A DNA stretch of 64,000 nt from assembly GCA_013265495.1 (NCBI GenBank), contig MU058528.1, positions 62,001 through 126,000 of the forward strand, written 5' to 3'. Below, piece by piece: positions 48,721-62,349 of the stretch. Position numbers and translations under genes: made by a program. Numbering within the stretch: position 1 is the first letter of the stretch; every line of letters begins with the position of its first letter. Below the pieces are notes generated by a model that saw only the letters and a list, made by a program, of their open reading frames with translations, made no database searches and was not told where the DNA came from. The DNA is from Vicugna vicugna. Lineage: Eukaryota.

Positions 48721-51700
48721 AGTGCTCATTGGCCCATGGGTGGGTGCAGTGAAAGCAGCCAGGTGGGTTGCCTAGGGTTGGTGTTTTGCTGGGAGTTCGG
48801 GGCAGCAGGTGGAAGGGGTTGCAGTTGAGAGCATAGAATTGAGACATAGAATCCAGGAAACAAGGCCACGATGTGAGCAGGAAGTGAGGTGAAGCTGGGG
48901 AGAAAAAGATGAAGACCTCTGCGAGGTTCTGGGGTGCATGTTTGGAGGTGGGAAACAAGAGCATCAGAACTAAAGGTGCTGGTGATGGAGCCTTCACAGC
49001 ATGGTGCTGGGAGGACAAGGGGTGCAAACTGACCCTGAAGAAAGAGACTGTCTCTAACCTGGACTGACAAAGGGAAGGGAAAGACATGGACAAAACTTCT
49101 AACTATAATCAGCAAAGGTTGGCTATTTAAACCCAGAACTGGAGAGAGTCAAAATAAATTTTTTTTTTGATAGGCACTAGTTGGAAGGTAGACATCATTT
49201 TTAGTGGAAGAAAGACCTTCTGGGAAGTCACATATGATCTGAAGGCTTCTTTTTCTCCTAGAAAGGTGAGTAGCTCTATAATGGATTCTATAATTCAAAA
49301 ACATAAGTTTTATAATACACTTTGAATTGATTACTTCAAATTATGATTGAACAAGCCATGAGAATGAAAACCCTTTGCTTTCTGTTGATAATTAAAAGGT
49401 TTCTGATTTCTCCTGAGAGAGAAATATCAGATTATCAGTGGGTAGAAGCCTGCCATTTGGACATGACTCTACCCCATTGCCATGGACCTCTGGGGAGAGG
49501 CGTGTGGGGACCTGGGCCACCCTCACATGCACCCCGGGGGCTCTCCCCAGTACTGGAGAGGATCCCGATGCCAGGTCTCACCCAGTGAGACGCACATTGT
49601 GAATGTTTCTGAAAGCACCTCTCCCTGAAATATGTTGAAACCATCTCTAATGGTTCCCAATCACAAGTCCTTAACTTCATTTGGATGGAGCTTGAATTCC
49701 CCCAATTAATTATAATTAAAGCCCACATTAATAAAATATATGAAATGGTTCCATGAAGAATTGATGATAAATTCTACTCCAGATGGTTACGAAGGTAAGC
49801 AGATATCAATTACAGTCTCTTTAGTGGTTTTGTTCACACACAAAATTGTTGGTTGTCATGGTTCCACGTTATGTAGTATCTTCTAAATCAATGATGCTGT
49901 GTTATGGAGAGTAGTCGACGTATAAACCTAAAAGAGAGAGATGCTGTTCTCAAAGCATCACAAAAAACTGGCTCCCGTTACTTCAGTCTTGCCTCATGGA
50001 TCCAGTTGCATGTCTGTCCAGGAACATTTTCTTCATTTTCTATTCCCGAGGCTGTGGTTTCTGGTGCAAATAATAAAGCAGAACCAAAGGAAATTTGTGA
50101 TGCCTGAGGATCTTCAAAGGAGTTTTCCAAATGACTTATGAATCAATAGCTGATAGACTCAGCCATGCAGGGTACTTGTTTGTTACCTCTAATGGTTTGG
50201 ATCCCTTCTCTTATAAACAAATGCCTTTTGAAAAATAAAGAATATCAAATAAAACCTCATGGTACTGCCTGAGAAGCTGGCACTCTCTTGGCAGTTAAGC
50301 TCTGTTCTCAAGATTTATGGGGACCTGCTGGCTGTAATTAGCTAAAAACAGTCAGAAGTCTAACTTTAAATAACAACTCAGGCCAGAAAGCTTATTCTCA
50401 GAGTATTTACTTATTTATTACTGTGGTTATGGGGGAGAATTCAAACCAATAAATCTAACACACAATCTTTGGGAACAAAAGAATTTTAGTGGTTTAAATA
50501 AGTATTTAAAACATTTGGCTTGATAAATCTGCCTCTGCTCTCAGGATAAATACTGAATCCTTTTGATTTATCTGTGATGATGGAAAATGTATTTCCTTTT
50601 AGAATGTACCCATCTTCACTGGCCTGGGTTGTGATAGTAAGAAGTCAGACAGGTATCCCCCACCCTACCTTTTTTTTTTTAAAGAAAATTCTTTTTGTTC
50701 AAAAAATTGTTTAAAGATTTAGATGCCCATGATAGAAAAACCAGAAAATACAGACACTTAAAAATAGCCCCAAACACTCCTATTCTAATTTATACAATGA
50801 CGATTATATATTCCATTCAGCTTGGTACTTATTCTTCTTGAATCGTCTGTTATGTTATGTCATGTCATGTTATGTTATCATATAATGGCTTTCTATCTTG
50901 TCTTCTGTCTTAGCAAGCTGCCACTGTCCCTACCCACAGCCTAAAAACAGAGTTGAAGGGTCATACACGCATCCTCCACTGATCATTATAGCCCTGTCTG
51001 GGTTTTATAGTTTCCTCCTCATGTGCCCTTTCCCTCTTCCTTCTTTTACTCCATTTTTTTTGTTCTTCCTCTTATCTGTGTGTTGGTGGACAAGTTACTT
51101 AATCCCTCTGTGTCTCAGTTTTTAAAAATATTTATAAATAAGAGTTGCTGTGCAGCAAACATGGGGGAAGTAATGTGAGGCACTTGACACAGTCATGAGC
51201 CCAACAAAGGACCACCTCTTAAGTGAATGTCCCTTTGGTGTGGGAGACTCTCATTCTTGGAGCTCAGATACTTGGGGCAATGAGTAGACACGTGGTGGAG
51301 AAGGTACCATGGTCACCAATGGCAATAGCATGAAATAATCCATCTGGAACATGGCACTGATGGTTCACAAAACTTCTAAAAATTCAAAACAGGTTTGGCG
51401 CATGTTTATCACAATTTTCCTGTTGCGTAATCTCCTTTCTACCAAACCTGTTTGTTGCTTACATCTTTTTATGTCCTTTCTCTGTGATTAATGTAAATTG
51501 TATATTTTCTATACTGGTTAGGATGTCTTTTGTTTTCAGTTGTAGAGATTATTCTGAATGTGTCTGATAATAGTCATTGGATTATGGGCTCACCCCATAC
51601 AGTGGTTGGAAATTGAACTGGCCCAAGATGACGACAGCAGTTTCACTCAGTGACCACTAGGTCTCATGCTGTGGTGGCTTCCTCTCCAGGGACGCACCCT

Positions 51701-52654
51701 AGGAGGGCAGAGGTCAGTGTGGACCTCTTTTCAGAAGTGGGCATTTCTGACAGAGCCAAGAACCTCGACTTCATTTTGATTTGGCTTTCAATGTTAGGGT
51801 TAAGAACGCTCAAATAACACAAGAACCCAAGATCTCCAGGGCTTATGGACACCGAGAAGATCTGTTCAATTCACTTTTCCTTGGGAAATTTAAGTAGCTT
51901 CAGAAGCCAATTCGTGTTGTTAACACATTTAATAAATTAAAGACAGTTGAGAATTCACAAGGGAACACAGGGGAAAATGGCACAAGGATTCCCACTCCCC
52001 TCTTCCTCTGCCCCCATCCATCTGAATCTCAAGCTACACAATTTGCTTAATTGTGTAGCTTGTGTTAAAAGTAGTTGCTGCTGATATGGCTAAGTTAGAA
52101 CTGGCACGTCATCCTTCTCTCCTGGTAAACATAATGTGTTGCCTAACCCTGGAGTGGCCCTGAAAGTCGGCAGCAGAACACTTGCCTGACTGGCATACGA
52201 TCTGAATGATGGAGATGGTGTCAGTGCAAAATGTCACCCCTCCCTTAGGAGTGTCTGTGATGCAGTTGTGTGGGCATCGGTAGGCTTGGGTTGGGCCAGC
52301 AGGGGGTCAGGAGAGAGCCAGATGGATGTCAGGACCTGAGTTAAGCCAGTCACTTGGAAGTCAGGGAGTGAAGTCTAGGGAGTCAGTAGTTTCATGTGGC
52401 CAAGAACAAGGTGGAGGTCAGCCAGCCAGGAGACCAGACAGAGTCAGGGAGGAGGAATTAGGTCTGGGAGGTGAAAAATGGAAGAATCAAAGGTTCAGAA
52501 GTTCAGAATACGTGCAGATCTGGTATAGCACAAGAAAGCAAAGCACAAACAAGAATCAAACCAGCAAACATACAGCATCATTTATGGTTTTTTGTACTTC
52601 TTTGTCTGGCAAGGTTGGACTGGCAGTATTCTACCAAGTAACCCCCGGGGACTA

Positions 52655-52790
52655 GAGTGATGTGTTCTGTTCCAAATTCCTGCACTGTCTACTGACGAGC
52701 TGTGTGCCTAAGTCAAGTAATATCCCTAAGCTTTAATTTCCTCACTGATTAATGGGGATACCATTGTCCACATTCCACAGGCCTTCTGAA
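52655..52790 (+). mobile_element. MIR fragment
   Basis: actgacgagctgtgtgcc...taagctttaatttcctcactgattaatggggata. Confidence 0.55.
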
Positions 52791-54058
52791 AGTGTGCTCA
52801 TTTTGTGATAATTCACCTGTACACTTGACAGCTTGTGTACTTTTCTGGTTATGTGGGATGTATCAAGAAAACATTTAATGAAAATATTTATATATACATA
52901 TATACATATATGTGACTGGCAGATACTAGAAACTATTTGGTGGTTTAATAATATAGGGAGCAGCACTTATAAATGGATTCTTAATAAAGTCACAAGTCAC
53001 ATTTGAACAATTCTTTGAACTTGGTTGTACTGAACTGAGCTAGTTTGGCATATGGCATTTGGTTTTTAAACAGGGGCAAATGCTTCTTTCTTTGTGAAGG
53101 TAATAAGATTCCAATTAGGCCTATACAACCGTAAATGGGAAAATATTCAGGCAGGTAAATGGATCTTTAAGCTGCTACGATGTTTCAAACACCCCAGTAG
53201 GAAAGCATATACCTCTGTTTAGATAAATGTTAAATTTAAATTCTTCTGCTTGGAATTATAGAATTACCATCTTCCAATTATGGGGAATTCTGTGTTGCTA
53301 ATAAGTGTTAAGGTACATAAAACTTCTATGGCCAACTTAGTTTGGGAACCAACTAGCCAGAATTAAAAAAAAAATCCTGGACTTCTCAGAGTTTTTCACT
53401 TTTAATGTGCTTTGGGATTCTGCATGGCTTTTGAAACAGAGCCATGTTCTCATTAAACAGGTTGGGACATACTGATGTAGACATTTTATGACCCACAGTT
53501 GAGGTTGGAAGAGAAGTTGGTTAATGGATATTGGTATTCCTACAAAGTAAGAAATGATCGTAATCTCCTTAATTCTTAGGCCACCATGACAATTTACTTG
53601 GAAATTGGGAATATACTTTTATGATTCAATCCAATAGATGCCAAATTCTTCCAAGACAGGAACTATTTCAAGTATGTCATCTGTGCTCCCAGCTTCTGTA
53701 CTTGGTAAAGTATAAAAAATTAAACAGTAGGCCTTGAAAGAAGTTTGGGGGATTTTTAATGAAATTATATGAAATATAGTCATTTTTGATGAGGTTTTAA
53801 TTATCCTAGTAGAATAAGGAGACTGGAATTTGGGAAGATAATTTATAGGTAGTGATTCAGAATTCTTCCGGCCCTAGGTTTTACGAGGTACTGTCAGTGT
53901 TCAGTAAGAACAGAGATTTTCATACTCAAAGTTCTTCCCACGTTTCATTCCCTGAAAATGCTGAGCACATTGACAAGTATGACCCTTAGAAGTTGTCTTC
54001 TTGCCCTCTGTCTAACCTTTTCTGCCACCAGAATTCTTTCTAAAACACTAGTCTAAAT

Positions 54059-54273
54059 TAGAGAGTCAGCAAATGCTTTCTGTAAAAGGTCAGATGGTAA
54101 GGATTTTAGATTTTATGGGTCATACAGTCCTGGTGTCTACTGCAACTAATGGAGAGCAAAAGTAGCCATGGATAATATATAAGGAATGGATATTGCCATG
54201 TTCTAATAACACTTTATTTAGAAAAACAAGACAGTGGGTCAGGTTTGGGCCTTGGGCAGTTTTCTGACTCCTG
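54059..54273. mobile_element. MER58A hAT-Charlie MITE inserted in an L2 relic
   Basis: gtcagcaaatgctttctgtaaaaggtcagatggtaa...ttttctgactcctg. TSD GTC(T/A)AAAT at 54051-54058 and 54274-54281. Confidence 0.85.
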
Positions 54274-55192
54274 GTCAAAATCATGTTACTGTATTACTTA
54301 AAATCTCTTGAGGATTTTTCATTGCAACAGAATAAAATTCAATCTGGCCCAATCTGGTATACATCACAGTCTGGCCCCAGTCTATCATTCTGCCATTATT
54401 TTCAACTACATGCATGCCAAATAATCCTCTAGAATATTGAGCTGATTATATCCTGGGTCGGTTACTCACCAACAGGGGCTTCTGGTGTTCAGCTGCCCTG
54501 GGATCTTGTCCTTCCAGCTAAACCACAATCTTTGCTACAGCTGTCATTGACCTAGGATTAGGTTTTTAACTCTACAGGCATTGCCATGAAGTTTGAATGC
54601 TAATAACCAGAGATCCCTACGTTTAACCAGTTGAGTTGTCATCAGAAAACAGACTTGTCTCTGAGACATATCCATAGACATGGGTTATGTAAAAGATCCA
54701 GATTGGTGTTTTTAATATACATTTTCAATTCTGAAGTATTGAACACATTCACTAAATTCTTTAGCAAATTCAAAATAGCAGCAGCAGTTTTTAAAACACA
54801 TTTGAAGGAGAAGTGGGGTGATATAACACATATATATTATGATCTGTTATTTTACCAGGATGTATTTTCAGTTCTGAAGATGACCAAAGCCACAATATAA
54901 TTAAGGGAGATACGATAAATGAATGAGATAATGGAATAAAAATGTTAATAAACAGGACGTTAAATTCACAGAATTAAAAAAAAATTTCTTTTGGTTTAAG
55001 ACTTCTTTTTTGAGTGTTCATTTATTCAGTCCAGGAATATTTATTGCTGGCCTACTGCGTTCTAGGCATAGTTTGAAATTCTGGAATATATGAATGTTAA
55101 AGACGTTATGAATAAATACCTTTGACCAGTATTTCAAATATTAGATCAACAAACATTTGAACATCTGCCACAGCCTGGACCTCTGACTCAAT

Positions 55193-55231
55193 TGTGTGTG
55201 TTTGTGTGTTTGTGTGTGTGTGCATGTGTGT
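55193..55231. repeat. Imperfect (TG)n
   Basis: Direct reading. Confidence 0.85.
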
Positions 55232-56329
55232 ATTTATGGAGAGATAATGTTTGGGATTGGGCATTAAAGTGCTACCTTGTATGGAAAAACACTTAAAGAT
55301 GATGTTGTTATTTCAGAGAAACAGTCAGAGTTTCATTTGATTTGATGCTTTTTGTCAGTCCACTTCTCAAAGTTAATGTCTCTACCAGGCTGAAATAATC
55401 TGTCATCCTCTAGAATGCTAGCCAAATTTAATTCAAATTAACTATGAAATGAAAGATGACACACTTAATCAAGGTAAATACACTGGTGATCATTTGAAAA
55501 TATGTTTAAAAAAAGTGACTTTGCCAACCAGATGGTGTCTCCATGCAAATGGCTGGATCTTTAAGAAATACTCTTTATAAAGTACATTTGAGGTTGGCTC
55601 CCAGCAGGAGTGGATCATCTTCCTTATTCTTTGACCAAGGGTGGCTCAGGGCAGGGCACTTGACCCCACCCCAAAGTACAGGGTCAGTAATGGTGGCTGG
55701 GGCAACAGCTCTGGATGTGGTCTGCCTCCGTCCTGAGGTCCACCACTCTGAGGAGCCTCTTGATTCTGGCTGCCCGGTTGACAGCCTGTTTCCTAAGAGC
55801 AGTCTGGGCTCAGACTTGTGGATCACCTCTCACTGCCTGGGGCGTGGCAAATGCCCTCTGCCATTGGCTGTTTTTCTTTTCTGATGTGTTCTCTGTCAAC
55901 CTTCCTTGCTTTGGAGTGGGAGGACCTCGTATTTAGTTGAAGGTATGGGAGGGAAAGGGGCAAAAGAGCATATTTATCATTTTGATTTTGAGGTACATAG
56001 GCTTACCTAACCTAGGCAAAAGGAGTCTCCAGGTGGTCTAGACTGGCTCAGTGTGCAGGGCCACAGACTCGGAGCAATAAAGTGTTTGTTGGATGCCATT
56101 GTTGTCTGTGCGTGTATTTCCTTCTGTGTATATATATTTCCATGGGACCCTGCAGGGAGAGGAGACAGCTTCAGGACAGGATTTTGAATTAATTTCCCCA
56201 TGCCTGAGCTACATTTTTCTTTATTTTTACAAGCATAAATCTGTGCCCCTTGTTGACATAACTTGCATATGCTTTGAAGGAACATGCATTTTCAAATGCA
56301 TTTGAGCAAAGAACTGAATTTTGCTTATT

Positions 56330-56700
56330 TTCATGTTATGAAATGATGTACACATGGTAAAAGATTAAACAATTAAAAAATCCAGTTAAAAGTGCTTATT
56401 TGACCCTTAGTGCACAGTTTCACTCACCAAAGTTAATGCCTTCCAGAAATTTTTTCATGTATATACATCAATGCATAATTTTAAAGCATATTAAAAAATT
56501 TAAATATCATTATTAAAAAAACACATAAGTGCAATGGGAATAAATAATTTTATAATTTGCTTTTCTAAACTTAACAATGTCCTAGAGATCGTTTCATAGC
56601 AGCACATAGATATCTACCTTGTTCTTTTAATAGCTGCGTCCTTTTCACTGCTGCAATGTAGAGTAATTTATTTGTGAGGGATTTCTTTAAAGATAACAAA
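56330..56700 (-). mobile_element. Ancient L1ME/MC 3'UTR fragment
   Basis: cttaacaatgtcctagagatcgtttcatagcagcacatagatatctaccttgttcttttaatagctgc. Confidence 0.6.
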
Positions 56701-57394
56701 TGTCTCATTGAATGAACAGTGCTGGATTGAAGATATTTCTCCCAAGGTAAAGGTGTAATGTAATTTACCTCCTTCTTTTTTCCGTCTGGAAAATAAAAAT
56801 TCATGTCTACATATGTAGTTGGAAGGTGAGTTTTAGAGATAGTAATGTTAATTTCACATCAGTTAGAAGAACAAGAAAAATTGTGGCTGGATAATATTCC
56901 AGGATATTAGTTTATATTGCAAATACCTCCTCCTTTTACAGTACCCTGACAGCTCCTCCTGCCCCAGTCCATGTCTCTGGACAACAGTCACCTACGTCTG
57001 AAGCAGTCCCAAAGAGTAGGACTTTATAGGGAAAGGCTGAAAGGTTAGGCAGGGAAATTCGGATGGTCTTTGAATTTTCAGAAACCTGGGCTGGAGAAGA
57101 GGGAAGGGAAGGCAAAGGAATTATTCACAGGAGAGGAAGAAATGTGGAAAAAGCCTGGGAGGGGTAGATGTGGCGAAGAGCAACCTGGGAGCTGAGGAAT
57201 GGGGACACTGCTCTGAGTGAATATTCTGTTCTGGGAGACTCTCCCTTGTGTCTAGAGCTGTCCCCACCCTCTACTCCCCCAGCTCATCAGTCTTGGAAAG
57301 GAACACTGTTGTGGTGGTGGGGAGCTGGGACACCTTAGGGAGTGGGAGATACTGGGTTAAATGAAGATGATCATTACAATATACAATTTTAATA

Positions 57395-57585
57395 CAGCCA
57401 CTTATATCTTTTGAAGGCTAGCTATGGGCAGATACTCTGTGCAAGTGCTTCCCAGGCATTAAGATGAAGCTGAATTACTAAGCTGCTTGTCCAAAGCTTC
57501 AGAGCTAGTTAAGCAGAGTCAGCATCTGAATTGAGGCAATCTCACCACGGAGTCTGAACTCTTAACCACTGGATCACATTGCTTT
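57395..57585 (-). mobile_element. MIR fragment
   Basis: gcttgtccaaagcttcagagctagttaagcagagtcagcatctgaa...ctcttaaccact. Confidence 0.6.
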
Positions 57586-58074
57586 CCTTGATTATAGAGG
57601 GGTGTATACATGAGCCAAAGGCAGGAGGGGTAAGAAGAACATGATTGGAAGAGGGGCTCTGAGTTGTCTAGACTGTGATGTCTAAGGATTTTTTGAGAAA
57701 GATAAGGAAGTTAGACTAATGTCACTCAGGTGAAGCAGTACAATTCAGCAGATGGAACTGGCTTTGGATGGGAGATGATGGGATGCTGGAGCTCAGCGTG
57801 GGGGCACAACTAGCTTCAGGGGCCAGCGGGTTGTGGAGAGGACAGTCTGTCTTGAAATGAAAGTTATATTTGAACTCCTGACAAAAGGAGTCATTTTTCT
57901 GAAAGATAGGTCTGCAAGGACCTCAAAAAAAAAAAAGGTCAGACTCAAACGTCCTTCATCACTACATTTTGTGCTTGTAGTTATCTCCTTCCTAGACTGG
58001 GACATCTTTTGAGTAAAGTGACATATGCTTATGAACGAATTGTGTGAAGCATCACAGAGAACCCCACGTGGGAG

Positions 58075-58443
58075 TTGTGGCTGGTGACTGCCACTCAGCA
58101 TCTCTGCTTCCTTCTGCCAATGGTCTTGACTTTTATCTGGGGGCCTATCCCCAACCCCCAACCCCAGGCCTTGGCCAATTACTTTCTTTTATTTCTGTGG
58201 TTACAGAGATTGGTTCAGCCATGGACATGTGACCAAAGCTAGTCCAATAAAAATATATCAGTTTTTCTAGAAATAAATCCTATTGGTGCTGGTTTCATCC
58301 CTTTCTTTCTTTTATCAAGCCGTGCCTGAAACAAGCCCTTCCCTGGACTTTCAGTTAGGAGAGAAAAAAAACCTTATCTTTTTACTTACTCTTTTGTGAT
58401 TGGGTTTTCCGTTATTTGCAATCAAAAGAATCCTAATTAATAA
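58075..58443 (+). mobile_element. Old MLT1 (I/J-like) LTR, internally deleted
   Basis: gattggttcagccatggacatgtgaccaaagctagtccaat and end gttatttgcaatcaaaagaatcctaattaata. Confidence 0.65.
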
Positions 58444-59356
58444 ATAAAGAAGGATAATTTTCCTTTATCCATTGAGCAGGGGAGCTGAAAAGACCAGTGA
58501 TGAATGCAGGAGACTTCGTTTTTTGGAGAACTCCAGAAGTTTCCAAATATGTAGTAGTAGCATTTAAGAAAATTAGTACAAAAATATTTTAAAGAATTTC
58601 AAGTGGTTGATAAATTTATTATAAATAAATAACAAATAGGATACATTGCTATAAATACTTCGCTAAACTCAAGATAAATTCCTGAAAAATAACATAGAAA
58701 CTTCATAGTCTATGAATGGCACTGAGCTATAAACCACCCCAATGAACAACTTGCATTCTCAGTTTCAGTGCAATATTTATGTTCTGTGAATTATTTAAAG
58801 AAATACGTAGGATAATGATTTTTCATGGTTTTAAAAATTTCAGAATATATTACTCCAGTTTTATTTATAACAGCCTTCTTCATCAACAGACAGGATAAAT
58901 GATGTTGTTAGGAAAAGTACACTTCACAGTTATTTTTTTCAAAAATACTTCTATTTGTATTGTCTTTTACTTGTATTCATGCTATTCAAAAATAATGATT
59001 GCAAATTTGTGCACTTTTTACTTTAATGACTCCCTCCACCTCCGTTAGAATCATATTTTGAAACTGAATAAATTCCTAAAAGCATTTTTTTCTCTCCTTG
59101 GAAAATTTAACATGTGCCAGAACATCATGCCTAGAAAAGTGTGATGAAAAGAATGGAGAAAAATTGAGAATTGTGGTTACGGTAATTATTTTGTAATTAG
59201 GTCAAAAATTATTAAACTTAGATTAAAAATACTTGACTGAGAGTCTACTTGGAGAACAGAAGCTTACTCTTCCTTTAATGTCTTAAGATGATTTGGGGTA
59301 CTTAACTAAGGAATAATTAAGATAGTCCAGTCTAGACTTGTTACTGGAGAAAAGGA

Positions 59357-59396
59357 GTGTGTGTGTGTGTGTGTGTGTATGTGTGTGTGTGCGTGT
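59357..59396. repeat. Imperfect (GT)n
   Basis: Direct reading. Confidence 0.9.
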
Positions 59397-62349
59397 ATAG
59401 AGTTATGGGTACATTTTACTAAAGTGATATACCTTTTATAAATTACATTAGTGAACATTTTTCCTCACAATACTTCTAAGTATATTTTGTTTTGTTAAAA
59501 AAAAAAGAAGATATTTAATTTTTAGTAGAAAAACCAGCAAAGAGGGAAGACTGCCAGAAAGCATTAAAGAGACTCAATTTTGGCTCCTATATTCCTGATA
59601 TTTTCCTTTATGGATGAATGGCTTCCTTTTATAGCCTCTTTAAGAGCCTGTATTTTTAGAAAACCAAATCTTTCTCTTTTCATAGTGACTTTCTGAAAAA
59701 AACAAAAAACAAAAAACCAAAAACCTAGTATAGAAAGGAATAACTTTAGCAAAATGTCTCAACCTTAGCAAAATGTCTCTCTGTCTTGGGGTACTAATTT
59801 TATAGCTTTTTATTCTTTAGAGGGTAGGAATTTTAAGAGCGAGTTTTTCTGTGTGGATTCAAGTCATTATATGGTGAGGATGTCAGAAATACAATTTTAT
59901 TGATAACAGACATCTGCTTATATAGATTTTAGTGAATATTATCTTTGTTGCAGACATCCACTGATCTGGAATCCAAGTACCTGGAAATCTGAAATAAGCA
60001 GATTTCCTCCACTGGAATCCTTCTTCCCCCTTTGCACTCACATTTGCTCCAATGTCGCATGCTAACGGGCCTGAACTTCAAAACTTTTCTCCAATAAAAT
60101 AACCGAAAAATTGTGTTGTGTAACTACCAATCTGGGCTTGCCTAGGTTAATTTTTAAAGGCTGGAGTACACACACACCAAATCCAGGAAGGTCATATTTA
60201 TTTTTAATACAACCTGAATATGTTGCTGATCAGAAGTTATTTCATATAGTTCATGTTTGCTGTAAGCAGTCTTTGACATTAGTGCTGAAATTACATTCAC
60301 TGGACTCACTGATGGGAGTTGAACATGTTTACAGTAGTGCTTAGAAGAAAGGGTGTGGGGAAAGCCAGGGAGATTAGAGCTGCTGATGGAATCTCTCAGT
60401 ATACCTTTCTTTCTCCTCATTTAGGTTAGTTTTAGTATTAATGATGTTAAAATTTCTTGACAATACTTTTAAAATCCCTTAATTTACCTTTTGCAATTTA
60501 TTCTTTTTCTTCTACTTAGCATTTTCCCTTCATATTTGATGCTTCCTCATCCACTAATATATTGGAGTTTTGCAATTTGCATAACGTTTTCTCTAAATAT
60601 TCATTCCACACACCCTTTGCACAACCTACTTTATTCATGAACTCTAGTCTTGCCCTGAAAAAAAAAAAGGTAAAAAGGATGCTTTCCCAAATGTGACAGA
60701 ATCTCTTTAGTCCCATGTTGTTTAGAAGAACCTACATTCATATGTAATTGAAACTTAGGTGGCTCTGTGTCCCTTAATGGGTCAAATTAGAAAAAAAAAA
60801 GCCACAACCAAAAACCCAAGTCTTTTTTCTCCCCACTGGATGTTTCCACTGTTATAAGGAGAGAGTAAATAGATTTCAGGCTTAGAAAGGGCCACCCATT
60901 TCCTGCAGCGTAGAAGTGAAACTGTGAGGTTGCATTAACTTATTTCATCAACAAACATTTTTGTGTACCTTTCTCAAGTGCTGGCTCTTTTTGTGAGTTT
61001 GGTCTTGGGAACACAGCTCTGCATCTGAAGTCCCCAGTCCTGTCCTTTCTGCTGGATTTCTTCCTGGAGGACACCACCACAAGTTTGGACTAGTTTGGAC
61101 TAGTTTGGTCTGTGTACACCCTGATGACCTTGGCAGAGGCTTAGGAATACCAGGTTCAAACTGAATGTAATTCACATTATGTTAACTCTGTAGAGACATT
61201 GGCGTTACACTTCAGATCCACATGTGTTATTGATTACATAGTTTTTGGTTTATTTCATTGGAGAAAAGTTTTGAAGTTCAGACATGACAGCATATGACCT
61301 TGGAGCAAAAGTGAAGGCAAAGGGGGGAGAAGGATTCCAGGGCAAGATGGGGACACTGGGAGACTGGGAGACTGAGATTACATTTTTATGTGGGGAGATG
61401 CCTCAAAACAAAACAACTCATAATAAAGCAAAGTGACAGAAGACATGAGCTATCTTCTAAATTTTGCCCAGGTCAGACTCAGCCTGACTCATACTCAGCC
61501 TTTTGACTTCCAAAACATGCGCGTTGACCAGTGACCACTCACTGAAGACGTAAAGCAGCTTGGTCTTGTGTTGGGAAGTTTGGTGACTTGGGAATTTTAA
61601 ATGATAAACAGCTAAACAGAGCTTACCGTAAAATAAACAAGATGCATCTTAATTTAGCCTGGAAATATTTCAGAGAATAGACTCTAATGAGCTCTGTGAC
61701 TAAGCTTGATAAGGCCTTGGGAAATTGGTGTCAGTCCAACAGAGTGTTGGATCATTCAAGATTGTGGTTTAGTGGTCTTCATAATTAGGAAACTTAAAAA
61801 AAAAAAGAATTGGGGATGATGACAAAATTGAAGTATTTACAAGACAATGAAGCAAGTAATTGTATATATATGCAAAAATGCTGTAAGAGCAAATAGAGAT
61901 AAAAAACTTAACATGCAACATATAATTCTATTCTTTCTAGGTAAATATGTGGATCAGGGTTTCTAAAAGCATCCTACTGGCATTGTGTCTAATGTGTACA
62001 ACATAAATACTTCCGGGTGTGAAAAATATCCAACAACGTATTGATTGTAATTCATGATTTTTTCCTTCAGTGAAAATTCTCTGAAGTATGTGGTGGTTAA
62101 GCTTCCCTTATTTGGTTGAAATCTTATTGTTTCCTTTTTGTCTCCTTTCCCCGTGCATCTAATCACTTAAAAATTTCTGGTGGTTCTTTTACATGCTCTC
62201 TCACCCACATTCCTTTGCTCCCATCTCCGTGGCTGTTGCCTGTTTTGGCCAGCTGCTTCTTAATCTGCATCTCCCCTAGGGATTGCTGCAAGTGCATCTC
62301 CCTGCATCCAGGCCCTCCTCATGTTTCCTATCTTAGTTAAAAGATGGTG

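Noticed and set aside
52293..52310. CTCF site GGCCAGCAGGGGGTC
   Set aside because: It lacks the strongly conserved C after the G-run and has no other support.
60516..60657. Minus-strand terminal coding exon after a T-run acceptor
   Set aside because: The acceptor depends on a simple mononucleotide run, the peptide is unrecognisable, and no upstream coding exon is found.
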